Shown one piece after another: positions 40,501 through 48,481 of a DNA stretch of 64,000 nucleotides. The stretch lies in the IMG/VR virus record IMGVR_UViG_3300044800_000286. The stretch is one strand, 5' to 3'. The position numbers and the translations under genes are program-made. Position 1 is the stretch's first letter. Each line of letters starts with the position of its first letter. The notes under the pieces were generated by a model that saw only the letters and a program-made list of their open reading frames with translations, was not told where the DNA came from and ran no database searches. Source of the DNA: a virus.

Positions 40501-41601
40501 TTCTTCCTGCCACCCGGCGACAACCGCCATCTCCCGCAATTTCTGGGCGAACTGCTCCGTCTTCTTGGTATGCCAGCGGGAGGTGCGGCGGAGGCGGGGC
40601 ACGTCGATGTTGAACCGCTGCCGTTCGAGGAACGTCAGGCTATCCACAAGCTCGTGGTCGATGCGGTGGATGAGCTTGCGGCTGCGGGCCAAGTCCTTCA
40701 TCCGGTTCCACAGGAGCCAGGTGCAGATGGCGTCGGCGGCGGCGTACCAGAGGGCTAGCTCGATCGGTATCCAAGTGAACGGTACAAACTGGTCCTTCAG
40801 CGCGTTCTTCTGGGTCTCCTCGTTCCACTTGTGGGCGCGGACCTTCGCGAGGTCGTCAAGCTCGACCTGCTGGATGCCCAGCACGGTTTCGGACAAAGCC
40901 TTCAGGCCTCCGGCGTCCCCGGTGTATTGCCCCTTGTCGCCGAGGTCGGCCTTCGGGTCGTTGATGTACTTGAGCACCTGCACATCCTCGAAATGCGGAT
41001 AGGGGCGCAGGTCGAGCCCGAGGCAGATGCGGAGGATTTCGCGGTCGAACTTGGCGTTGTAGAACACCAGGTGCGACCGGTCGAAGAGCCCTTGGAGAAT
41101 TCGGGCGGCATCTTCGCGGGAAACGTTCGTCCCCCTTTCATGGTGGATCGGGACGTAGATGCCCTCGATGCCGTCCGCGGACAAGCATACTCCGGCGATT
41201 TCGACCTTCACTTCATAGACGATGCCTTCATGCGCGTCGAAAAAGATGCGGGTGTCGAGGGAAGTCGTCTCGGTGTCAACGGCGATCACGGGGCAGGTTT
41301 CGCCCATGAAGGCGTGGTGCCGGGACGCGTCGGCGAGAATGCCGCTGGCCCAGGCTTCCAGCGCCTCGGCGGTGTCTATTATCCGGAAGGCCTTTTCGGC
41401 CATCCACGGTTTCTTGATGCTTTCGACCGTGATTTCCCGGAGCTTGGCGCGGAATGCGGACCTGAGGTCCCTGGCGGGCTTGGCTTTCTTGGGCTTTGGG
41501 GGTTTCTTCTCTCGGGGTTTACGTGCCTTGGGGGTTGCGGCATTTTCCTCCTCGGAGGGCAGAAGGCTTATATTCAGCACGCTATCGGTTTCTTCCGCCA
41601 A
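37540..41601 (-). CDS. polA: Family A DNA polymerase with 3'-5' exonuclease and an intein
   Basis: Exo I DTETT, Exo II YNAKFD, Exo III YAAADA; motif A IDY|CNIEVR, motif B RGLGKIINFVLQYGG, motif C VHDEI. Confidence 0.93.
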   Translation of the reverse strand: MAEETDSVLNISLLPSEEENAATPKARKPREKKPPKPKKAKPARDLRSAFRAKLREITVESIKKPWMAEKAFRIIDTAEALEAWASGILADASRHHAFMGETCPVIAVDTETTSLDTRIFFDAHEGIVYEVKVEIAGVCLSADGIEGIYVPIHHERGTNVSREDAARILQGLFDRSHLVFYNAKFDREILRICLGLDLRPYPHFEDVQVLKYINDPKADLGDKGQYTGDAGGLKALSETVLGIQQVELDDLAKVRAHKWNEETQKNALKDQFVPFTWIPIELALWYAAADAICTWLLWNRMKDLARSRKLIHRIDHELVDSLTFLERQRFNIDVPRLRRTSRWHTKKTEQFAQKLREMAVVAGWQEEFNPGSPAQLSKLLFTTMKFKPYRTTDGGSDSTDKETIIELLKGSPDNEFLLTYKKFKEYAALHPENLKFDKLDNSARMYLKQNVVGGGRLSGAGGVFERDGGFELNPQGVKKLEPDEQWRVYGNVLDPDEIPTDQVDAYEESDLHPSCFHTEEEDVITGYTEATVKHTLTEWSEEVAVPVPPQPIKEKRIVKKKAPGIVNNHIGQYQGYAICLVPKCQTCKDKFGILIANTSMDSLETVNLRCLFVAQGGWTFFSIDYCVSMSTKLLTSDLRWKQAKDVVEGEELIGFDENLPSTRYGRRRMRGSRVLSTKNLKLPCVKITTNSGVFTVSEDHGWLTERAAGGRKLVRGRHGWTVSKNLQVGDKIARLCDPWEENRSYDAGYLNGLFDGEGWATGTGVGVGQKKGPTLDKAELLLEGMGYTLAHDTHKSNVERLRILGGRNASLKFLGSVRPERLIKNARKKLWDGKTCSSKYTIPDTVISVEHIGMQEVVAIKTSTKTFIAEGLLSHNCNIEVREAANLSGEPELQKIFLEGDGDQHALTASKVFPQYNDPNSPQYKAKSLRGLGKIINFVLQYGGTAYAIYENMSKKDPTITMEKCEEMIANYWKGVPKYAEWCAIKRNRARLQLVCETATGRVINFESAMQAKCIHKPSAEERRNVSKYYDLSREAKAEAKKSKADRDEERAKRYKDAADRLWKTPDTGVRNAIEYNKFMGKIERVAVNAPIQGICGDFMRIAVNRIRMWVLSDPDVQKVFRLHGSVHDEIDASIKNEYVPFVLPRLTRLMKLRKYHAQMKWPVPVEADAEYGRSWDVDFSVMDKKYPYGYTCIDGISGYIPSDFDVPTIRNLLKAILSGDKSRVDKAKEWLYANLHPRAFEATTALFKTQDPKEAKQLLTAVCQLHEYWAIDYTPDDDGSKLEKLADYETRMGLGEANRGTAPEFGFLGAIPLDARVKRPVLELLGDEPPPEQGVLQLSADEEVVEEEVPVS
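38974..39726 (-). mobile_element. Intein (251 aa) in polymerase motif A
   Basis: CVSMSTKLL...SEDHGWL...GLFDGEG...GLLSHN followed by Cys. Confidence 0.93.
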
Positions 41602-41867
41602 GCGACACTCCCCCCCACGGGATTAATACTAGGTTCCGAGTCTTTGCAGGGATTTATCCTCCCTGAACGCCTGTCTATCAGGGAGCAAGACCGTGTGGCT
41701 AACCCGCGGAGTTTTATACCCAGCCTGCTGCGCTGTTGTGTTTAATATTCAATCAGTGGGTGTTGCGATCTGCATCGCTTATTCGAAAGCCCTTAGATTT
41801 TTCGCTTGTAGAATCAACGACTTGGGTTTGGCTATCGGCGTGCTCTATATACAGCGGGAGAAGTGTC

Positions 41868-41948
41868 ATGACCGTCATTCTCGTTCTTGCTTTGTTCGCC
41901 GTGTTCCTGCTGATCGACTACTTCAGGAAAGGCCGTCACGCCGGGTAA
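41868..41948 (+). CDS. 26-aa membrane peptide
   Basis: GGGAG RBS; MTVILVLALFAVFLLIDYFRKGRHAG. Confidence 0.5.
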   Translation: MTVILVLALFAVFLLIDYFRKGRHAG

Positions 41949-42974
41949 GTAAGTGGCTTCCCACACGGCCCTCGCCTTCTCGGGCGTGTAATGAGGACCG
42001 TACTCAATAGAACCATCATCCTGAATCCTGAACAAAAACTCCCCGTCCCCATCCGTAACAACCACCCAATATCTGGTCTCGACTTCCATCATTCATCACT
42101 CCGTGGAGGACAGTTGGCATCCATATGGATCATTCGTGGTAGGGGCATTGGCAGCGGGAGGAGTGGGCCTCGCGCGCCAGTTGGTGGGCTTCGATGTCGT
42201 CAATGGCTAGTCCTCCACCAAAAAATCTCGTTCCTGTCCTACCTTAGAACCAATGCGGCGGCCAACAGCAAAATGAAGATTAATCCCGTATTAGCTTGCT
42301 CCGGGTCGGTGCCGATTCCCGATCTCCACGGCACATGGCTCTTATTCCCGGCCCTTGCGGAACCGGACAGCTACGTCGGCCAACGGCGCAGCCGCATACT
42401 AATGAGCCTAGCCGATCACGCAATCTGTAATGTAATACTGCACGTGAAGGGGCGTCGCGTCTCTATTTCAGGCTTTCACCTGCGGAGTTTCCTCCGTGGA
42501 TCGTTGCTCTTCCGTCACGACCCGGAACTTTTTCAAGTATTCTATCGCCGATTGCAACTCATTAATCGACTCGTGACAAAGACCTAACATTTTCAGGATG
42601 ACGTTTTTTGAAATTTTTTGCATCTTTACGTCTTCCTATTTTATACATCCTTGCTCTTGGTATGGTACTTAATGCCACAGGAAATCGAAATGCCGGGGGC
42701 GGTGAGTCACAGGCTTCACGCTTTTGCGGTTCCCGCGGCTTTCCGTCCCGCTCCGGCTTCAAAGCGGAAAGCCTATCGGGGCCTGATCACACCGAGTTCA
42801 GCGCCGTGCCGGTAGGCACTGCACTAAGTCTTTTTCCTTGCCCGACTTCTCTTCTTTTTCTCGTATGTCCCGTTCTTCGTGGGACTCGAATTCAAACTGC
42901 TCCGTGTCCTGGCAATCCGCCGGGAGAGGAGCATGCCCAAAAAAGGGCGTCCTATTTTTCATACACACCTAAAC

Positions 42975-43017
42975 TGGTTGCGGAGGCTACTGAGCTACCT
43001 TTGCTTCATCCCCCGCA
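42975..43017 (-). ncRNA. Mini-tRNA 1 (acceptor stem + D-arm-like segment + ACCA)
   Basis: TGCGGGGGATGAAGCAAAGGTAGCTCAGTAGCCTCCGCAACCA. Confidence 0.55.
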
Positions 43018-43143
43018 CGGAAATCAAAGCCGACCCGAGTTTCGCCAGCCCTCTACGGATTGCTCCTCGGGCTCCTACGGCGCACTCGACGCTCGGGTCG
43101 GACTTACCTGCGGGAACAGCGAATGACTGTTCCTTTACAAAAC

Positions 43144-43185
43144 CGGTTGCGGAGGCTGCCGAGCTATCTTTGCTCCATCTCCGCA
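43144..43185 (-). ncRNA. Mini-tRNA 2
   Basis: TGCGGAGATGGAGCAAAGATAGCTCGGCAGCCTCCGCAACCG. Confidence 0.55.
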
Positions 43186-43192
43186 TAAAATG

Positions 43193-43300
43193 TCGTGGCG
43201 GCGGGCCTTGGTACCCGCTGGTGTGTTGCGCTCATCACCAGTAAAGGGCGGTTGAGCTTGCCCGGCCCTCCCACGCGTGTCCTTCCACGCCGCGCCACAA
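43193..43300 (-). ncRNA. tRNA-like RNA A
   Basis: TTGTGGC/GCCACGA stem, D-like arm GCGT-GGAAGGAC-ACGC, two internal hairpins, T-like arm GCGGG-TACCAAGG-CCCGC. Confidence 0.55.
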
Positions 43301-43511
43301 TAATCCCCGGCTCAGGTGCGCCCATCCTGATTTGCCCTGTTCGAACTCTCGGCGGGGACACCGCCAAACGGGGGAGCCGCTAAGCTCCGAGCCTAAGGTT
43401 TCAAGGCCAAGCCCATACGATGACCACAGGGCCGGGAAACTCTGTGGCGCGGTCGGCATATGGACCTCCGAGCACTCACGCTTCCAAAAGCGGCGCTGCG
43501 CTACGTCAAAC

Positions 43512-43588
43512 TGGTTGCGGTGGTAGGATTTGAACCTACGACCTTTTGGTTATGAGCCAAACGAGCTACCGGGCTGCTCCACACCGCG
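43512..43588 (-). tRNA. tRNA-Met(CAT), initiator-like
   Basis: Cloverleaf, C1-A72 mismatch, loop CTCATAA, encoded CCA. Confidence 0.93.
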
Positions 43589-43636
43589 TTAGTTGCACAA
43601 AAATACAGCTTTCATATAGCTCAGTAAGGAGTCCAA

Positions 43637-44290
43637 ATGACTAATTACATCCGTAATCCCAACTTAGCCGTTGCCCAAAAGATGGGCGGTGCTGCGAGGG
43701 CTTTACAGCAGAAAAACGAAGCCTGGCAACGCCTCATGAAATACAACGAAAATCCGAACCTTTGCCAATACTGCAAAGGACCGATTCTTGCTCCTCTAAA
43801 TAATACCAGAAAAACTCCATTACGAGAAACAATTATCAAGAAATTCTGCGGTTTTTCTTGCGCCGCCAAATACAACAACAACCGCAAAGGAACCGGGGAT
43901 GGATTAAAATACTGCGGTCGCTGTAAAACAGCCCGTATTTCCACCTCTCGCCGTTTTTGCCGCTCTTGTCAGAAATCAAATGCCAGACAAGCTGGGGTAT
44001 TTATGGTCGGTGTCACAAAAGGTGAACTGTTTGCCCGGCGCAAGAACTGGCAATCGGCTCGAAGTACAATACGCTATCATGCCGCTTACGTGTACGACCG
44101 GTCAGGGTGTCCCAAAGCCTGCGTTGCCCCCAACTGCGGTTACTCATTGTACATCGAAATCGCCCATAAGAAAGGGGTGAGCGAGTTTCCAGATATGACC
44201 CTCATCACAGAGATAAACAACATCGAGAATCTCATCCCGCTGTGTCGCAGATGCCACTGGGAATTTGACCATGGATATTTGAAACTCTAG
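43637..44290 (+). CDS. HNH endonuclease
   Basis: EIAHKK...NNIENLIPLCRRCHWEFD. Confidence 0.88.
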   Translation: MTNYIRNPNLAVAQKMGGAARALQQKNEAWQRLMKYNENPNLCQYCKGPILAPLNNTRKTPLRETIIKKFCGFSCAAKYNNNRKGTGDGLKYCGRCKTARISTSRRFCRSCQKSNARQAGVFMVGVTKGELFARRKNWQSARSTIRYHAAYVYDRSGCPKACVAPNCGYSLYIEIAHKKGVSEFPDMTLITEINNIENLIPLCRRCHWEFDHGYLKL

Positions 44291-44309
44291 CGTTAGTGGC
44301 GAACTTTCC

Positions 44310-44450
44310 GGACGCACGGGCGGGAATTGCACCCGCTTGGTAGCCTCGGGTAGGCGACCACGGTTTGAGACACCGAAAAACTAGCACTAACTTCTTCATT
44401 AACCCGATACTTTTTAAGGTGCGCGTCGCTGTCCGCGCTGCCGTACGTCC
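44310..44450 (-). ncRNA. tRNA-like RNA B
   Basis: GGACGTACGG/CCGTGCGTCC stem, D-like arm GCGC-GGACAGCGAC-GCGC, ~85-nt insert, T-like arm GCGGG-TGCAATT-CCCGC; TTGACA at 44505-44510 upstream. Confidence 0.6.
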
Positions 44451-44490
44451 GAAACTCTGGGAACCCCGCGGCTCCCTACTATAGATACTG

Positions 44491-45108
44491 CTATTCGCTG
44501 GCCTTGTCAAGAATCTCCGCGAGCTTGTCGCTGCCGAGATCGTCGTTTTCGTCGATCCACTCCAATTTCTCAAGGGCCTCCTCGCGGGTAAGTTCGCCCT
44601 TGCGGTACTTCTCCCGGATTTCGGCCGTCTGCTCGGCGTCGTACCGCTTGTACTCCTCGATGTGCCGCTCGACCCACTGGTACTGCTCCGGGTCGTGGGC
44701 GAACTTCTTGCGGGCCTCGTCCAGCGTCAACTCGAAGCTGACCTCGTTTTGGCCCTTGTGCTTCCACACCCACTGGAGCAGCGGGTCGCACACGAAGCTG
44801 TGCCACAAGCTCCCCACGTCGTTGCCGAACCACTGCCCGAACGGCTCGAAATACTCGGGCTCGTCCTTGTCCCAGTGGCCCTTGATGCGGCAAATAAAGC
44901 CCGGCAACGGGATGTAACCGAGCCAGTGGCAGAGATACGTTTGCAGGTCCCACGCAACGAATTCAATGAGAATCCAATACCAAATCTGAGCATCGCACCC
45001 GATGATAATCCGGGCATTATGCTCGTTCCAGCCCCCCATGCTGACATGCCAGCGGCGGACCTTGAACTGCAAAACCCGACGCAAAGCGTCGATAAGTTTG
45101 GACAACAT
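44491..45108 (-). CDS. Hypothetical protein
   Basis: AAGGAG RBS; GC3-biased ORF. Confidence 0.7.
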   Translation of the reverse strand: MLSKLIDALRRVLQFKVRRWHVSMGGWNEHNARIIIGCDAQIWYWILIEFVAWDLQTYLCHWLGYIPLPGFICRIKGHWDKDEPEYFEPFGQWFGNDVGSLWHSFVCDPLLQWVWKHKGQNEVSFELTLDEARKKFAHDPEQYQWVERHIEEYKRYDAEQTAEIREKYRKGELTREEALEKLEWIDENDDLGSDKLAEILDKASE

Positions 45109-45241
45109 ATGGCTGTTTCTCCTTGACCGCCCAGGATTACGCGGCGTGGGTAGTCTTGCCAGGGTTGGTAGCCATCTGTGTCTCCTCTTTTTATCTCTTC
45201 ATGCTCTACAATACTACCACAAAAGACGGATTTTTGAAACT

Positions 45242-45318
45242 TGGTGGCTGTGGGAGGAGTTGAACCTACCGTCTTCGGGTTATGAGTCCGACGTACTATA
45301 CCGTTGTACGACACAGCC
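45242..45318 (-). tRNA. tRNA-Met/Ile2(CAT)
   Basis: GGCTGTG/CACAGCC acceptor stem, loop CTCATAA, GTTCAA T-loop, CCA. Confidence 0.88.
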
Positions 45319-45326
45319 ACAAAACT

Positions 45327-45403
45327 TGATCGGGGCGACCCGATTCGAACGGGCGGCCTCATGCGCCCAAGGCATGCGCGCTACCGGACTGCGCTACAGC
45401 CCG
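45327..45403 (-). tRNA. tRNA-Pro(TGG)
   Basis: CGGGCTGTAGCGCAGTCCGGTAGCGC..., loop CTTGGGC; one acceptor mismatch; ends TCA. Confidence 0.85.
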
Positions 45404-45903
45404 AAGTTCCTTATGCCCAGCATGCCGAGCATGATGGGTTCAAACTCCTTTTTCTCGCCAAGCAGCTTGGGCTCCTCTCCCAGCCTCAGCAGCCAAGTCC
45501 CCTCGGGGTACGCTATGACCATGACTTCAGGCACGAACCCGTTCATCAGAACTTGCTGGTATGCGTCGAACATCTCTTCAACGTCCATCACCACTTCCCC
45601 ACCGGATCGTATCTCCGCTCGAACATCCAGCGCATCCGGTCTATCACAGGCGACAGCCAATAGTGGGCCTGTGCAAATCTGTACAGCCGTTCTGTGATCT
45701 TCATCTACTCACCAAGGACTCTTCGCCTGAAGCCCGGATACCGCAGCAAGATCAACGCTACCATCAGCATCAGCACACAGTAGGCGGCCATACCGTTGTT
45801 CTGGTCCCGCAACGAAAGCCACACCCCGAAGGTGAAGCATGCTGCGGGAGACCACGTCACACACTTAATGAAAGCTCTCATTCTCCCATCGTACCACAAA
45901 GCT

Positions 45904-45977
45904 TGGTCGGGGACCGGAGAATTGAACTCCGACAACCAGCACCCCATGCTGGCGTGCGGCCATAACACTTGTCCCCG
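45904..45977 (-). tRNA. tRNA-Pro(GGG)
   Basis: CGGGGAC/GTCCCCG acceptor stem, CCAGC-ATGGGGT-GCTGG, CCA. Confidence 0.88.
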
Positions 45978-46027
45978 GATAAACTGACTTCCTTTCTCTT
46001 TATTGAGAGGTAGGGAGTCGAACTTTT

Positions 46028-46693
46028 ATGCCCAGTATAAGCCCGCAACTTCTGGCGGCTTCAAAACTTGCTAACGCCAGAAAACGCCAGCGAGCCATAG
46101 ATCGATATATGGCCAACCCAAACCGCTGTTTGCATTGCACGAAGATCATTCTTGTTCCCGACAACCAAAAAGTCCCTTGGGTTCGTACAAAGAAATTTTG
46201 CGATCACTCCTGTGCTGCCCGGCACAACTTGACGGGTCAAACATCGCATAATAAACCAAGGACTCGCACTTGTGCTGCTTGTGGTGCCAAGTTTACGAGA
46301 CCTCCCAATACGGCCGGAAAACGTTGCCCCATTTGCATACAATCCTGTTCTTATCAAGAAGCCGCATTTATGTCCAACTTAGAGTTGTGGCTTAAGAACG
46401 AGTTTGCTGCATCAAAGCGTTTTGCACGTCGGGCAATGATCCGCCTGTTCGGAGCCAAATGCCAAAGGTGCGGTTGGAGTGAAGCCCATTCCATCACAGG
46501 CAACATCCCCGTCCAGCTTCATCACATAGACGGCAATGATAAAAACAGCCGTCGCGATAATGTTGACTTACTTTGTCCCAACTGCCACTCCTTGACCCCC
46601 AACTTCATGGGCCTTAATTGGTCAGCCCGCCGAGAATTGAACTCGGTGGTCCTGCTCCCAAAGCAGGCGGTCGTCCGTCCACCTACGGGCTGA
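46028..46693 (+). CDS. HNH endonuclease (3' end antisense to tRNA-Pro)
   Basis: CQRCGW...VQLHHIDGN...NVDLLCPNCHSLT. Confidence 0.9.
   Translation: MPSISPQLLAASKLANARKRQRAIDRYMANPNRCLHCTKIILVPDNQKVPWVRTKKFCDHSCAARHNLTGQTSHNKPRTRTCAACGAKFTRPPNTAGKRCPICIQSCSYQEAAFMSNLELWLKNEFAASKRFARRAMIRLFGAKCQRCGWSEAHSITGNIPVQLHHIDGNDKNSRRDNVDLLCPNCHSLTPNFMGLNWSARRELNSVVLLPKQAVVRPPTG
46619..46692 (-). tRNA. tRNA-Pro(TGG)
   Basis: CAGCCCG/CGGGCTG acceptor stem, CCTGC-TTTGGGA-GCAGG, CCA. Confidence 0.88.
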
Positions 46694-46767
46694 TGGTCGC
46701 CGATGCCGGAATTGAACCGGCTGGTCACGTACCCGAAACGTGCGGTCGTCCGTCCACCTAATCGGCG
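46694..46767 (-). tRNA. tRNA-Pro(CGG)
   Basis: CGCCGAT/ATCGGCG acceptor stem, CACGT-TTCGGGT-ACGTG, CCA. Confidence 0.88.
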
Positions 46768-46809
46768 TTAAACTCTTTTTACTGGAATTACCACAGGAAG
46801 GAACTGCTC

Positions 46810-46915
46810 TGAACCATACCCCTGCGGCTATTCCGCTCAGGGTCGCTGACCGTCAATCGGTCACGTAAACCCCGAGCCACTTGGGCTGCGGTCGCATTGG
46901 GTTCAAGTTACGCAT
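46810..46915 (-). promoter_or_regulatory. Putative attenuator of the Pro/Met tRNA operon
   Basis: Leader ORF plus alternative pairings: CTCGGGGT (46876-46869) with ACCCTGAG (46843-46836) versus the hairpin at 46842-46820. Confidence 0.65.
46853..46915 (-). CDS. Leader peptide MRNLNPMRPQPKWLGVYVTD
   Basis: Leaderless ATG 6 nt after TATTAT; Pro codons CCA, CCG, CCC and an internal ATG. Confidence 0.75.
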   Translation of the reverse strand: MRNLNPMRPQPKWLGVYVTD

Positions 46916-46921
46916 GCACTG

Positions 46922-46950
46922 ATAATACTCGAAAGTCCGGTTTCTGTCAA
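46922..46950 (-). promoter_or_regulatory. Sigma70-type promoter TTGACA-N17-TATTAT (overlaps the AGTATTA motif)
   Basis: -35 at 46950-46945; -10 at 46927-46922. Confidence 0.8.
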
Positions 46951-46966
46951 CAGCTATCTTCGGGAA

Positions 46967-48481
46967 TTATGCGCCTAACTTCCCCGCATCGTACGCGACC
47001 CAAAATTCCGACGGCGTTTTGGCGGGGTATACGCGCCCGAACTTGCCCGCCGCAAAACCTTCGAAACGTCGCCCGCAAACGCACATCAATTCGGCACGAT
47101 GCACATTGCCCAGAAAACCTTGCGAGTAATCCGGGGGCTGTGCATGCCGATAAAGCACAGTATTTTTCTCACGTTTCTGCCCCCTTGACGGCCCGATCTT
47201 CATGCCACTTCTTGATGCCGAGGACGGCGTTGTTCAGATGCGCCTCGCGTTCCTCGGGCTCGAATATCCCGTCGCCGACAGTCTCGGCCGAATAGACCGT
47301 TTCGCCGTTTACCCACGGGCACGAGGCGCGAAAATACCCGTGGCGCAGCCGCAAGTAGCCGACCAGCTCGCCGCCGATGAAAGCGTCGTACTGCTCGGGG
47401 CAGGCTCCGCAAGTCATCACCAGCCGAACCCCGTTTATTTCAAAGTCGCCCATTTTATTTCTCTTTCAAGAGAGTCGGGCGGCGTGGGTTTGAACGTGAC
47501 GAGCGGCGGTGGGTCGTAGTTGTAATCTTCCGCGGTGCTCCACGCCAAGGTCGCAAGCATACCCAGTATCGCCTCGGCCGGTATATCGCCGGTATATTCC
47601 TTGCGGTACTTCTCGTATTCGTCCCATTGCCTCATTTCTTTGCCTTCTTCCGCCTGCGGGGCCGCGTCAGGGCGAGCGTCCGCTGGAATTCCTCGTCGTC
47701 GATGACATCGGCTCTTCCATCACCATTCCGCATGCGCCAATAGTATTCCCCGGTTCCTTCGGTCTCGTCCTGGGCGACCCAGCGGACGTACTCGCGGCGC
47801 TTGAACTTCGCCAGCGGATTCGCCAATGCTTTTCTAGGCGTGAGTTTCATACATTCCATGCGCCCAGCGCAAGGTCTCTTGCGCGTCCCCATAAGAAATT
47901 TCGTGCTCTTCCGCAAGATGATTGATCCAGCGGTGGATAGCCCTGTGCTTCAGCATCAACATGCATTCGCCGCAGCAGACGCAATCCTTGTACGGCTTGG
48001 GTTGCGGTTTCGGCTGCCGGGCTTTTTTGTAATGGTGCTCGGCAATCCAATAAATTCCCAAGACGGCTCCCCCCGGCACCACGGCCACGAGAAAAGCCCT
48101 TCTGGCTAGCTTATTCCAGTCCATTGTCTGCCGTTCGTTCCTTCCTCAGGACGAAATACAGAGTCGTCCCGTCGGTCGTGGCAGAGTCCAGTATACCATG
48201 CAATTCGGAAGCCGTGATGAGGCGGTACTGCTCCTCGGTGATGAGGATGATGCTAGCCATCAATCGTATCCCCGTTCTTCCCGACTCACCACGCGGCACG
48301 TCTTGTTTTCTACATCCACTTCGATGACGATGTCTTCGGACCATACGCCTAGCTTTTCGAGGATGGCACCTACTTCGGTAAAATCCCGCTTGTTTTCCCT
48401 GCACCATTCCTCCAAGGTCCCGCGGTTGTCGTTGTCCGGGTCTTTCCAGTATAGGCGGAGCTTCTTGAGTTTCCTGGCCAT
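46967..48481 (-). CDS. Cluster of small hypothetical genes (46967-47203, 47169-47453, 47435-47635, 47632-~47850, 47834-48124, 48260-48481)
   Basis: Overlapping start/stop coupling. Confidence 0.55.

Larger units (their letters stand above)
42680..43505 (-). ncRNA. Array of small structured RNAs / degenerate tRNA derivatives
   Basis: Successive terminally paired units separated by T-rich spacers, downstream of tRNA-Met; no convincing ORF. Confidence 0.55.

Noticed and set aside
37801-41745. Long antisense ORFs opposite polA, the portal and the structural genes
   Set aside because: Shadow frames produced by high GC3 codon bias.
43445-43506. Additional tRNA-Pro(TGG)
   Set aside because: Only an anticodon-like hairpin is recognisable, with no T-arm or CCA; counted within the degenerate RNA array.
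42608-43526. ORF-track proteins in the small-RNA region and across the tRNA clusters (e.g. 53342-53920, 53436-54065, 44727-45362)
   Set aside because: They overlap tRNAs or structured RNAs, lack RBSs and have implausible composition.
44310-44450. tmRNA
   Set aside because: Too short, no alanyl G3-U70 acceptor or CCA end, and no terminated tag ORF.
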